Shown here: positions 26,845 through 39,000 of the stretch, piece by piece | Numbering within the stretch: the first letter of the stretch is position 1 | How the letters are laid out: each line of letters starts with the position of its first letter | Origin: Eledone cirrhosa | Lineage: Eukaryota | Length of the DNA: 64,000 nucleotides | Assembly: GCA_964016885.1 (NCBI GenBank) | Contig: OZ024740.1 | Location: 189,348,001 to 189,412,000, forward strand | Reading direction: 5' to 3' | The notes under the pieces: generated by a model | What the model was told of the DNA's origin: nothing | Database searches by the model: none | Seen by the model: the letters and a program-made list of their open reading frames with translations, nothing else | Program-made: the position numbers and the translations under genes

Positions 26845-27293
26845 AATATACATGTATGTATATATATATGTGTCTGTGTGTGTAAAAATTAAATCAATAT
26901 AAATATGTAAAAATGATATTTCTGTTGGAATATATATTTGTGTTTCGATCACATTCACAAACTCTGTCACATGTACCAAAATAGCTGGTACTTTGGTAAA
27001 TGTAAAAGTTTGTTATCAGCCATTGATAGCTATTATGTTTTATACTCTATATCCTTTACAGCACCTTCTCACCAAAACATTTTTTTTCAAAAATTATTTA
27101 TTGTATAAATTTGATACCAAATATATTTCCTTTTAGTTCTTTTCAGCTATGAAATTGTATAGAAAGTAAGCTACTATAGATATTTTGTTTAGGAAATGGT
27201 GGGCAGGTGTTTGATTTTGCAACATATTATATATTCGTGAGTGTCATCTTTGAACATGTCATCATTGTTTATTTTTTTTCTTTTATATTTTAG

Positions 27294-27484
27294 TTGCCAG
27301 GCAGCAGATTCAGTTACCATAACAATATATATAAATGGTGAGTCTACAGATTTAGATACAAAATGTGGAAGAGAACTGCCACCAATGTACATGTCCAATG
27401 AACACAGAATGACAGTTGTGTTTAGAAGTCTAACATATTCACATACAGTCACGGGGTTCCAGGCGGATTATGCATTTGTCAGAA
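27294..27484 (+). CDS. sol-1: Exon of a SOL-1-like multi-CUB protein: C-terminal half of the penultimate CUB domain
   Basis: Polypyrimidine tract and AG at 27292-27293, donor A|GTAAGT at 27485. Translates CQAADSVTITIYINGESTDLDTKCGRELPPMYMSNEHRMTVVFRSLTYSHTVTGFQADYAFVR (CUB pattern CG...P...S...V.F.S...GF.A.Y.F). Enters in phase 2, exits in phase 1. Confidence 0.88.
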
Positions 27485-27727
27485 GTAAGTACAAAATACC
27501 TTTCCTGAAGAATTTTGAGGACAACTATGTTATGTTGTTTATGTGTACAGATGTTAGTATCTTATATGATTTTAGAATAGAATACGGGTGATGTTTATAT
27601 GTGTGTATGCATGTGTACATGTGTATGTGTATCCATAAAATATGATTTCATGTTTCCCTTTTCTTTATTTGTTTGAGTCCTTTGTTGCACACTTGTTTTC
27701 TCACCAATGATTTCTTGTACACATCTC

Positions 27728-27768
<41 letters not shown>

Positions 27769-27806
27769 GTCCAAACCCATGCAAGCGTGGAAGATGGACG
27801 TTAAAC

Positions 27807-27854
<48 letters not shown>

Positions 27855-28599
27855 ATATATATATATATATAAGCATGGCTGTATGTGTGATTAAGGAGTT
27901 TGCTTTGCAATCACATGGTTCTGGGTTCAGTCCCACTCTGAGGCACCTTGGGTATGTGATCTTTCCCATAACCTCACATTATCAATGCCTTTATCATCAT
28001 CATCATATTCCTAAGTCTAACAGTGAAGAAAAGGCAATTACAGAAAATCTCTCCGTGGCTGGTAATACAATAACATGTACCCTGTACATATGTTGGAAAT
28101 TGGAAGGCCATCCAGTCAGTAGACTTATGCTAAATTTATGACTATAACTAATATGATGGAAAGTCTTAATTGTTTATAAAAGAGGAACATTTACCATGGT
28201 GGTTGTGCCACACACTAATGTTTTGGTCAAGGGGGCACATTTTGCTATGTTTATCATCGAAAAATCGCACTAACGCCCACACCATCAGAAACTTCTCTTA
28301 GGGGCTTTGTAAAATCTACCTTCATCACAAATAACAATATCAGTAATTGTCATAACTGCTGGCTTTAATCAACATTTTGGTTAACACCATAATCTATGAT
28401 ATGAAGAATGAAGAAAGGTGAAGCCTATTGGAATTCTCTGATGCAAATATTCTAGTTGTTTGTGACTTCAGGAAACTGGCCAGCTAAGTAATCATCCAAC
28501 AATAAGGTGAATACATTAACGTGATAGACTTCCCACACAGCAAAAGGTGCGATAAATATTATGAATACTAAGTCCTTCCCTGGTAAAGTGTGTGTCACA

Positions 28600-29215
28600 T
28601 AAAATATATTAGTGATCAGCATTAAGTGCATCTATGATATAAAATCTTTTAAATGTTCAGAAGAAGTTGATCTTTTTTACTGCAAGCAAATAACATCGAA
28701 GGCATACGTTCTGAAAGCATAGCTAACAAAATAAGAATCAGTCAGGAAGAAGTCTTTCTTGTAAACAAGGAGATTCACTTTTCAAGTGAAGGGCAGATGG
28801 TATGATGTATATGTATGAAGCATGATATTGCATCATAGAAAAGCATTAACATTGAATGTGCTGGGTATGCAAAAATTGGAAAGAATGATGTAAGCTCTAT
28901 TGCATGTGTAATGTCAATGTGCATAGATAAACAAGCTGAGAGAAAAATAGTGTGTTAGAAAAACCTACAATGGAACAGATATATAACGTGTATGGCTGAT
29001 GACAGCTGAGTTACAAAATGCCAAATGATGCAAATGAAAAGAAGCTGCAGAAGATGAAGACCTAGGAAGCCATGAAGACCAGTAATGAAAACTCATTTCA
29101 AGGTTCTGAACCTCACAAGGGTGATAAGGGCCTCCAAGAAATGACCAGGTTTTGTGCTGGAGAAGACACATATAACCAATGCAAGCAGGGTTAAGTGGAT
29201 ATAGAAATGAAGTTG
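28600..29215 (+). pseudogene. Old, degenerate 3' fragment of the same RTE family
   Basis: Broken translation FQVKGRWYD..., KLER..., MCNVNV..., KLREK, DDS*VTKC..., RPRKP*..., VLEKTHIT parallels the C-terminus of the intact ORF (LKMKGRLYD, RLER, MCNSNI, ELRKK, DSCITKC, RPRKPW, VTEKTRLT). A decayed ATGCAAGC tail motif follows. Confidence 0.75.
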
Positions 29216-29229
29216 ATAGCAGATATTTA

Positions 29230-32200
29230 TTAGAACTACGGTGACAGTAATATCTGCGTACGCACCCCAATCCGGACTGCCCGGCACTATAAAAGACAGA
29301 TTCTATGAGACACTGATGCTAACTACCTCCCAAATATCCGACAGTGACTATATAATTATCGCAGGCGACCTAAATGGTCACGTTGGACAACATTGTGACG
29401 GCTACGACGAAATCCATGGAGGCTATGGGTTTGGTACTAGAAATGAGGAAGGCTCCAGAATCCTGGAATTCTGTGATGCAAATAACCTAACTATCTGTAA
29501 CACTAACTTCAAAAAACGTGACAATCACCTGATCACCTATAGATCCGGGGAACACACAAGCCAGGTAGATTATATCCTTACCAGAAGACGTGACAGAGTG
29601 TCTGTTGTAAACACTAAATCCCTCCCCCATGAAGAATGCACCTCCCAACATAGACTGATAATTAGCGACCTCATAGTCAGGACGAGACGTACTCGACAGC
29701 AGAAGAGGACTATCCTCAGGAGAAAAATATGGAAGCTAAAGGACCCCACAGCCAGGAATAAATTTCAAAGCATATTACTTGATGCTTTCGACAGTAAGGA
29801 AGAACATTTAGAGTCGGACGATATAGAGGGAGAGTGGGAATTTCTGAAAGCAAACCTGCTGTTGGCGACAGACGAAGTCTGTGGCTGGAGCAGGCCTGTA
29901 GGCAGGAGGAGAGTAACATGGTGGTGGAACAGTAAGGTGGAGGGGTCAATTAAGGCCAAAAAGCAGGCTTGGAAAGTATGGCGGGATGGGGGAAGTAGAG
30001 AAGACTATCAAGTGGCCAGGAGGGAAGCTAGGAGACAAGTGTACTTAGCAAGAAGGGAAGCTGAGGAAAGAAAGTTCAAGCATGTTCTACAACGCGATGA
30101 CCAAAAACGTGAGGTGTTCAGGATTGCTAGGCAATGCGTCAAGGAAAACCGTGATATTGTCGGGGAGAAGTGTGTACTAAACGACGATGGCACACTTGCC
30201 ATCACCGACGCTGATAAGAAGGTAGCTTGGAAGTGTCACTATGAAAGGCTACTAAATGAGGAGAATAAATGGGAGAAAGACAGTCTCCCCCATATCGACC
30301 CAATAGAGGGACCAGCAGTGTTAGTCGAGGGGAGTATAATAAGTAAGGCAATCAAGGATATGAAGACGGGTAAGGCGGCTGGGCCTTCGGAAATAGTTGC
30401 TGAGATGCTGAAGGCATCTGGCACGGTGGGACACACCATGGTCACCCGCATAGTTAACCAAGTCTTACAGAATGGGGTTGTTCCGAAGGACTGGCATAGC
30501 AGCATCATCGTTAACTGTTATAAGGGTAAAGGAGACGCCCTAGATAGGAGTAACTATAGAGGCATTAAATTAATCGACCAGGTCATGAAGGTCACGGAAA
30601 AAGTAATAGCGCAACTAATCAGAGAGAGAATTGACCTAGATGAAATGCAGTTCGGGTTTGTGTCAGGCAAAAGTACCACAGACGCTCTTTTCATAGTACG
30701 ACAACTACAGGAGAAGTACCTAGCTAAAGGTAAACCCCTCTACTTAGCTTTTGTCGACTTGGAGAAAGCCTTCGACAGAGTCCCCCGCTCCATTATCTGG
30801 TGGGCTCTTAGAAAACTAGGCGTTGACGAATGGCTTGTGAGGGCTATACAAGCCATGTATAAAGAAACAGTCAGCAAGGTTAGAATTAACAACGAATATA
30901 GTGAAGAGTTTAGCGTAAAAGTTGGCGTCCATCAGGGCTCTGTTCTCAGCCCCCTACTATTTATTATTGCCCTTCAGGCTATAACAGAGGAGTTCAAGAC
31001 AGGCTGCCCATGGGAACTCCTATACGCAGACGACCTGACACTCATAGCGGAATCAATGGCCGAGCTAGAGAAGAAATTCCAAACATGGAAGCACGGCCTA
31101 GAGTCAAAAGGACTTAAAATTAACCTGGCTAAGACCAAAGTTCTAGTTTGTAGGAAAGAAAACAAGGCGGCGGTCCCTTCTGGGAAATGGTCGTGCTCGG
31201 TGTGTAGGAAAGGCGTAGGTAGAAACTCCATTTTATGTCCTAAATGCAAAGTATGGGTGCATAAAAGATGTAGTGGGATCACAGGTAAGCTAACTAAGAA
31301 CATAGATTTTACATGTGGCCGGTGTTCTGGTGCAATAAGTAGCAGCAAGTGCCCACAAAATACTAGCTCTTTCAATTGCGCAGAGGGTTCTATAGAAATA
31401 GTGGACAGCTTCCGTTACCTGGGCGATAAAATCAGCAGTGGGGGAGGGTGCTCTGAAAGTACTGTAGCTAGAGTCAGAACTGGTTGGAAAAAGTTCAGAG
31501 AGCTTATACCACTATTAGCTGCTAAAGGGTTGTCCCTAAAAATGAAAGGCAGGTTGTACGATGCCTGCATACGAACAGCAATGCTGCATGGCAGTGAGAC
31601 CTGGGCATTGTGTGCAGAGGATATACGCAGACTAGAGAGGAACGAAGCTTGCATGCTCCGCTGGATGTGTAACAGTAATATACGTGAACGGCAAAGCATA
31701 AACGAACTAAGGAAAAAATTAGAGATAAGAGGGATCAGATGTTGTTTACTCGAGAGAAGGCTACGTTGGTATGGACACGTGATGCGCATGAAAGTCGATA
31801 GCTGTATAACAAAGTGCAGGGCAATAAAGATAGACGGTAGTCACGGAATAGGCAGACCTAGAAAACCCTGGGACGAGCTGATAAACTCCGACATCACACA
31901 CTTACACCTCTCCAAGACAATGTCACTGGACCGAGACCTTTGGCGGTACTCAGTAACAGAGAAGACCCGCCTTACCTAAATATATAGTAAAACCTACTGC
32001 AGCCAGTAGGCATCTCTAACAAAATACACCCCGTCCCACCACCACCACTCCCACCCCATCCACACCACCCCGTTCTATGTAAAGTTATGTTGGTGCCGCG
32101 CCATCGAGGCCGAAACAAATGAGATCGTGTAGGTGTCACGACAAAAAAACACACAGTCCACGCTGTAATGTGGCCGTGTAGGCAACACGGTAAAAACCTC

Positions 32201-32370
32201 CCAGACCCACACTGTAAATGTGGTTGGTGTTAGGAAGGGCATCCAACTGTAGAAAACCTGCCAGACAGTCCTATGCGAGCAAGACAATCACTCTTGCCTC
32301 AAGTGGGACTACCCCCGTCCAAACCCATGCAAGCGTGGAACACGGACGTTAAACGTTGATGATGATGATG
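29230..32370 (+). mobile_element. RTE-clade LINE, 5'-truncated and apparently young
   Basis: Contains the uninterrupted ORF 29241-31979. An in-frame TAG at 29217 and the missing endonuclease N-terminus show 5' truncation. The 3' UTR ends in CCATGCAAGCGTGGAACACGGACGTTAAACG plus (ATG)n. Confidence 0.95.
29241..31979 (+). CDS. RTE LINE ORF (912 aa): partial AP endonuclease, reverse transcriptase and an inserted PHD-like Cys/His finger
   Basis: Endonuclease motifs SAYAPQ, GDLNGHVG, DYIL and QHR. RT motifs NYRGIKL, QFGF, FVDLEKAFDRV, GVHQGSVLSPLLF, YADD and FRYLG. C-terminal RLRWYGHV..GRPRKPW is typical of RTE. Confidence 0.95.
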   Translation: MTVISAYAPQSGLPGTIKDRFYETLMLTTSQISDSDYIIIAGDLNGHVGQHCDGYDEIHGGYGFGTRNEEGSRILEFCDANNLTICNTNFKKRDNHLITYRSGEHTSQVDYILTRRRDRVSVVNTKSLPHEECTSQHRLIISDLIVRTRRTRQQKRTILRRKIWKLKDPTARNKFQSILLDAFDSKEEHLESDDIEGEWEFLKANLLLATDEVCGWSRPVGRRRVTWWWNSKVEGSIKAKKQAWKVWRDGGSREDYQVARREARRQVYLARREAEERKFKHVLQRDDQKREVFRIARQCVKENRDIVGEKCVLNDDGTLAITDADKKVAWKCHYERLLNEENKWEKDSLPHIDPIEGPAVLVEGSIISKAIKDMKTGKAAGPSEIVAEMLKASGTVGHTMVTRIVNQVLQNGVVPKDWHSSIIVNCYKGKGDALDRSNYRGIKLIDQVMKVTEKVIAQLIRERIDLDEMQFGFVSGKSTTDALFIVRQLQEKYLAKGKPLYLAFVDLEKAFDRVPRSIIWWALRKLGVDEWLVRAIQAMYKETVSKVRINNEYSEEFSVKVGVHQGSVLSPLLFIIALQAITEEFKTGCPWELLYADDLTLIAESMAELEKKFQTWKHGLESKGLKINLAKTKVLVCRKENKAAVPSGKWSCSVCRKGVGRNSILCPKCKVWVHKRCSGITGKLTKNIDFTCGRCSGAISSSKCPQNTSSFNCAEGSIEIVDSFRYLGDKISSGGGCSESTVARVRTGWKKFRELIPLLAAKGLSLKMKGRLYDACIRTAMLHGSETWALCAEDIRRLERNEACMLRWMCNSNIRERQSINELRKKLEIRGIRCCLLERRLRWYGHVMRMKVDSCITKCRAIKIDGSHGIGRPRKPWDELINSDITHLHLSKTMSLDRDLWRYSVTEKTRLT

Positions 32371-32855
32371 ATGATGATGATATATATATATTATATACAG
32401 AGAGAGAGAGATATTCAATACATGAAGTTTGTGTCAATTTTATTAAAAGCTGAGGACTCCTGAATTGTAATTGTTAGTTTCACATTTCAAATTTTCAAAT
32501 AATTAAAGTAAGTGTAGTAGTATATCCATATATAAGCAAACATATTTGAAATACCTCAAAATATGATTAACAAACAGTAGATTGAGATTGATTAGTTGCT
32601 GGACTAACATCAGAAAATTAATCACACATTGATCCATACATCACTATGCACAGAAAACATGATATGTTTACATATTCATGTGTAAAAGCACATAATATTT
32701 TCAATAAATAAAAAAAATATATAGAATCAGTTCCTGTCCCACCCTTGCAAGCAGGGAAAAGCGGACGTAAAATCAAATGATGATGATGATGATGATATGT
32801 ATGTGTGGGTGTATATATATATATATATATATGTATGTATATATATATATGTATA

Positions 32856-34919
32856 CTAGCAGTAAAGCCCGGTGTTGCTCAGGGCTGCTCAGTCACTGTG
32901 TTAAAGTTACAATGTTAAGTTCCTTTCTTGGCTTAAAAACTGTAGAGTCTACAGTGTAGACTTTCATGTGGTACTTTTGATTAATATTTCCTCAACCAAC
33001 AGTATACCTTATGAAGTTAAGAAAACATAACCATAACTCCAATGTTAAAACAAAACAGGATGCTGGGGATAAAAACTGCACTGGTAATCTATTAACAAAA
33101 ATTGAAAATGTAAACACTGAAACACTTGTCTCAAAAAAAAAACATCAGCGTAACCAAACTATCGGTCATTTTGAAACAAAGAAATTGGATGGACATGAAA
33201 AACAAAAAAAAAATGCAATTTCATCGCCTATCACCTCTCTGCACGACTGTCTGTCTGCACAACTTTATCGCCTATATCACTTCTCTGCACTACTGTCTGT
33301 CTGCATGCCTCCATCGTCTATCGGCCCGACTCTCTGTCTGCACAACTTTATCGCCTATATCACCTCTCTGCACGACTGCCTGTCTGCACAACTTTATCGT
33401 CCATAGCAGTAAAACCCGGCGTTGATCGGGGCTGCTCAGTAGCTGTGTTAAAGTTACAATGTTAAGTTCCTTTCATATTCATATGTAGAAGAAACGTAGC
33501 CCATGTGTCAAGTTTTGTGAAAATCGGTTGCGAACTCGAGAAGATATGACGTTTTGTTGCATTGCACTGCAGTGCTCAGTCGATTCCAAGGAAGCGGTTG
33601 AAGGGGGTTATCTGCGGGGAGGCCCTATAATCAATATCTGGAAAAATGAAAGTGCCCATGACCATCCGGAATACATAAGTAACCTATGTGTTAAGTTTGG
33701 TGAAAATACTGTAGAAATGCATAAGGTTTACACACACACACGCGCGCGTTTGTATGTATTTGTGTGTGCGTATGTATATGTATGTGTATGTCCATCGGCG
33801 CATACTTATGTACTGGCCTAAATCATCACTATTTACTTTTACTATTTTAAGGCAAAGTTAAAATCCCGTCGAGGTTAACTTTGCCTTTCATCCTTACGGG
33901 GTTGATAAAATAAAGTACCAGTAATGAAGCTGGCCTTGTGCCAAAAGTAGAAACAACTATTTTAATAACCTCTGTCATTTTCGTTTACAATTTTATTTAC
34001 ATCATTCTTAAACTTCGGGGCTGGAAATCATTCGGTTATTTTAAATAGAATATTAGTCTAACGACTCCATTTATACCATAAACTTGGTCTCGTCTTTGCA
34101 TGAAATTGTTCTTTCCGGTCCACATAACGACGTATTATCCTCGCTTTTTTTCTGTTCTTTACCACGGAACGTCTTCACGAACCAAAATATCGTCTTCCTG
34201 TTTTCCTTCGGTTGCAACGTTTCTCGAAATATTTAATTCTGCGTTCACAGATTGAATTTTTTTAGTTTAAGAAGATCCCGTTAATGTTGAAAGCAGCGAT
34301 TCTTTGCTTAAACTTTCTTTCTTTCTCAACCCCTCTCCTTTTTTTCTCATACCCCCTCTCTCTCTTTCTCTCTCTCGCTCTTACTCATACCCCCTCTCTC
34401 TTCCTCTACAGAATGGAGAACAATAAAGAATGCGTAGATCTCTCTTTCTCTCTCTCTCTCCCTCTCTGTCTTTATATATATATGTGTTTGTGTGTGTGTG
34501 TGTGAACCAGCGTTCGTCGCCATTCTCTCTCTCTCTATCTGATTATCTTGTACCTCTCTCTGTATAATGACCTATCAACCTATCTCACTCTCTCTCTCTC
34601 TACATCTCCCTTTCTCTCTTTAGATGTATATGTATATGTGTGTGGTGTGATACATATATATATAGAGAGAGAGTTGCAACATGTATGTAGTTTCATAGAT
34701 TTTTTAGGGTAGTAGTGAGAAGAATTAAGCATGTAAGAGAGAGGGTTACAGCATGTATTTAGTTTTTTCATAGAAGCAGGAAATCGTTGGCAAACTTTAT
34801 TACGCGTTGACCATCCTTGGTAAATTTCGAGTACATTGGAAACAAAATCATCAAAATCGGTAGAGAAATGTGGAAATGCATAAACATCATACACATACAC
34901 AGACAGACATCTTCCGTTT

Positions 34920-34930
<11 letters not shown>
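32856..34930 (-). mobile_element. Helitron-like element or composite from the same family
   Basis: The left end ACTAGCAGTAAAGCCCGGTGTTGCTCAGGG matches the 11659 terminus and recurs at 33404. Internal AAGTTTGGTGAAAAT-type motifs and a CATACATACACAGACAGACATCTTCCGTTTTATA right end. The right boundary and continuity are uncertain; other repeats are nested inside. Confidence 0.55.
33224..33402 (+). repeat. Minisatellite of ~45 bp, 3-4 imperfect copies
   Basis: TCGCCTATATCACCTCTCTGCACGACTGTCTGTCTGCACAACTTTA recurs in tandem. Confidence 0.85.
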
Positions 34931-34962
<32 letters not shown>

Positions 34963-34969
34963 GTGAATA

Positions 34970-35441
34970 TAGTCGGGTCGTCGGCGACTAAACCGGCAAC
35001 CCCACCAAGTTTACTTGGTGAGGAGGGTGATTTTGGACACCCTGCAGGACAAAAAACAAAACCTGACAAAGGGCGGAAGAACTCATAAGCCTCAACGGCC
35101 ATCCAAAAGTGTGTAAATATGTATATACACATGTACCGCGTGGTTAAACCACTGGGAGTGAAGGAACCCTAGCCTTTGTCAGAGCATTCTTCTAGGAGAA
35201 GGCAACTCAGGAAACTGGGATAGCTCCCATATAAAACCTGTGGCTCAGTAGTTACCGATGATGTTGATCTTTTCTTCTTTTCGGGTTATAGCTACTGTCG
35301 CTCAGAGAGTGGGATTGGCTCAGTGCAGTCTTTCCTCACTTTAAAAAATATCTTCACGCACAGGCATTGCAGGATAGAATTAATTAATAATTATTAATAA
35401 TGGTGTATCGTGCAATGGCCATACTCGATAACGAGGGGGAA

Positions 35442-35445
<4 letters not shown>
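34970..35445 (+). mobile_element. GC-richer non-coding repeat resembling an RTE 5' leader or RTE-derived non-autonomous element
   Basis: Flanked by (TA)n. Contains TCTAGGAGAAGGCAACTC and CTTTAAAAAATATCTTCACGCACAGGC, which I associate from memory with RTE 5' regions, plus several short hairpins. Confidence 0.4.
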
Positions 35446-35484
<39 letters not shown>

Positions 35485-36007
35485 CAAATATACTCGCATG
35501 CATGCACAAATATACACATGCAAAGACACCCCTGGTTGTTGGACGATAATTTCATCTCATCCTATTTCTGTTTTGTTTTGTCTCAGGGTAATACAATTAT
35601 TTCTACTTTCCTTAGTGTATCCAGCTGTATAATGGATATCAGGTCATCTGCTAAAGTTACTTTTATAGCATGCACTCACATGCTATAAAAGTTACTTTGC
35701 TAGACTAGATTGTATTCGAAATTCCTAAGTTGTCAGTTTGCAACCTGCATTTGAAATTGATATACAGGGTAAAGTTATTAATTTAGAATAGAAAGAATAG
35801 ACAACTTCTCATAAAACACATCTAATATTTTATCTGTCATCTCTCATTACGCTTTTCTTTGTCAGTTCTACCTTTAAGTGCAGTCTAAATATTTTTCCAT
35901 AATTTCACAATCAGTAGAGCATGGAACAAAATACATTATAGTATTTAGTTCTGAGGTAAAGTCTCACGGTTGTCATGTTTGCCTTTCATTCTTTTAGTAA
36001 ATATATA

Positions 36008-36048
<41 letters not shown>

Positions 36049-39000
36049 CAAAGAAACGACAAACAGATGCGCAAAAAGTCTTCTTACTTTCATGCTTTAT
36101 ATGGTAAAGGGGAAAGAAAGTTTGACATGTCGGGCTTTAGCTCTTCTTCAGGAATACAAAAACAGACAGAATCACAAAGGTTAGATACAGAAAATAATAT
36201 ATATATATATATGTGTGTGTGTGTTTGTGTGTGTATATATATATATACAATGTATTGGTTTGTAATGTATAATTACTATTGGGTCACCAGTTTGAGCACT
36301 CAGTTCTATAATGGGTGCAGTTGCTCGTATTTCCCCTTCGTTGGTACCCTTAAGAAGCACAGTTTTAATAATATTAATAAGAAAGAGCAAGAATGAAGTA
36401 TCAATATCATCATTATGTTTATACAAATGTAATGTGTTTTGAGATCAATCAGCTCAAGATACAATTGATAGTGATTGCACTCAAATCGGGAATTGATAGC
36501 TCATCAGATTGTAGATTCTATATTGATACTTTGTTGTATCAAATACAGCAGTTATAGAATTGTTATCATTTTAGTAAAGTACAATAAAAGAACAATGCTA
36601 ATGTGCTGTTAAAAAAACACCCACTACTCACTGTTAATGTGGTTGTAGTTAGGAATGTTATCCAACTGTAGAAATTAAGCCAAAATCAGTTCTGTAGGCT
36701 TGTCTCACAATGGGACAGCTCAACTAATCCATGCTAGCATGAAAAATGGATGTTAAACGGTGATGATGATGATAACATTTCTCAATACATACCACTACTG
36801 TTCCCTCCAAATTCTAGTTTTTTCTTTGTTCTCCATAAATTCTATTGTATGAAGATAAAAACAATAAAACAAAAATTGATATTAGCTTGTTTTATTTTTC
36901 TTTGTTTTAAGTAACTTTTCTATGAAATGGTGGTTCTTTCATTCATATAAAGCTTGAAGTAAATGGTAATAGATTTTGCTTCAGATCCATCATATCAGGT
37001 TCTTGACTGCTCTGATGCTATGATATTTAGAGCTTAGGTGTTGATGTTTACACCACCTAAAGTTGTGAACTGAATTGTAGATTATATGATGTAGCTTATC
37101 ACCATGAAATGCCAAGTCCAATCATAAAACACTTGATTAACATCTATATATTAAAAAAAATTATTACTGTTTATGTTAGCTTTCTAAATATTGTTTTACA
37201 TGCCAATCCTATATGGTACTTGAGTTTAGCAAAGTGGAAAAAATAATGTAGTGTATTTAATTTTTTTATTTTTCACTTGTTGCTAAATCAAAATGCCTGG
37301 GAGAAATGAAGTAAATCAAATTAATTACTTGTATTTATCAAAGAATATAATCTATTTTTGATTGAATCACTTCTGAGATACACATAACACATATTCAAAT
37401 TCATTTTTATGTACTTAATCATACATACCAATACACACATTTTTTACCCTTTTTCTCTTTCTCTCACTTTACGCGCACATATATGTATATTCATGTGTAT
37501 GTGTGTGCACACATTTCTCTGTCTGTATGTGTATACTTCTCCCTCTGTTGTTTCTGTGTATATTTTGATAAAATATGATTTATAATCACTTTCAATATAT
37601 CAAATAGTAAAAGTAGATGTTTGATCTTCTTATGCACAAATTTATATTTTATTTTTATTTCTTCATTCATTTATTCCACTTTCATATCACATTAAGCAAA
37701 GTGTAGTGTTAGTATAAATACATTATGTAATAAAATGTAAGTATTTCCTCTTTAGTGTTTGGGAAGCATTTCATTATAGACTGAAATTTCCTGAGTTTAA
37801 TGTTCAATGAATTGGATTCATTTTTGTTTTGGGATTCTTTGAAGAATGTAGTTATCATTATTTATTTTTATTTATGGGTTACTTAAGATGACCTATTTTG
37901 TGTAGCAAGTGAGATGGACATTTTGCTATTTGACAGTTCATAATTCAATTCCTGTCAGGAACAAATATTTTAATACTATAAGATTATACTGAAACAATAA
38001 AATAAGTTGTAATAACATGTGTGTGTAGGTGTGGTGCTGGTAGTGGTTGTGTTTAGAAAAGATACCCACTCAGTATACTCACTTCCTAAAAAAGGAGTTG
38101 GCTCATCTATCTTGTAAAAGGGCATCATTATTAGCGATGACACTTCAGATGTTTATTTTGATATTTTATAAGTTTTTCTTTGATATTATATAAGTTCAAA
38201 TCTTAAGGTAGATTTCATTTTTACTCTTCTGATGTGTGTGTTTGTGTCTTTTTTATGGTTTAATCAAAGGAAGAAGAGCAGAGCCTATAGAATTTCAGGT
38301 TGCTGCATCACCTCACTAAGCAGCTGGATACCTAGTTATTCTTACTCAGAATGGATGCTGGCCCAAATTATACATGTGGCCAGGTTGTGATGTTAAACCA
38401 GGTAACAGATTACCTCTACCACACTAGATGGTTGCGTTCACAGATTTTTCTTTACTTAAATTCATTTTTAAAAAAGGCTTGGGCAAATGCAAGGCTATGA
38501 TAGAAGACATTTTCACAAAGTGTCAAAAGGTGAGATTGAACACTCAATCACTTTATTGTGAAGTGATCATCTTAATCGGATGTCAGTAATATTGTAAGAT
38601 TCATTTCATTGACAAAAACTGGAGCTGTGATATGTCAAATGTTGATTATCACAGAGTGAATATGTACTATAATTCATACTGTGTTTGTTGCATAAAATAC
38701 AAGCTGAGTCAAAGGAATACTAATAATATATTGGCTTAAGCAGGTGGAGGGGCTGTAGCATATGTTACAAAAGGGCCTTATGTTTTAAAAAGGGTTATCA
38801 ATAAAATAAAACCTCATTAGTTACCAAATTATAAGTAGCTGTATGTTTTAAACTGTATATTAGAAGCATATATTAGTGCATATATTAGTGCATATAGTGT
38901 AGATATCAATGGTGGCATGTACACCAGCCAGTTGTCATTGATTTGCTAAATATGGATATTTCTGTATAATTCAAGAACTATTGTATATAGATCAGCTAGT

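Noticed and set aside
29716-31789. Antisense ORFs within the RTE
   Set aside because: Shadow frames of the long sense ORF.
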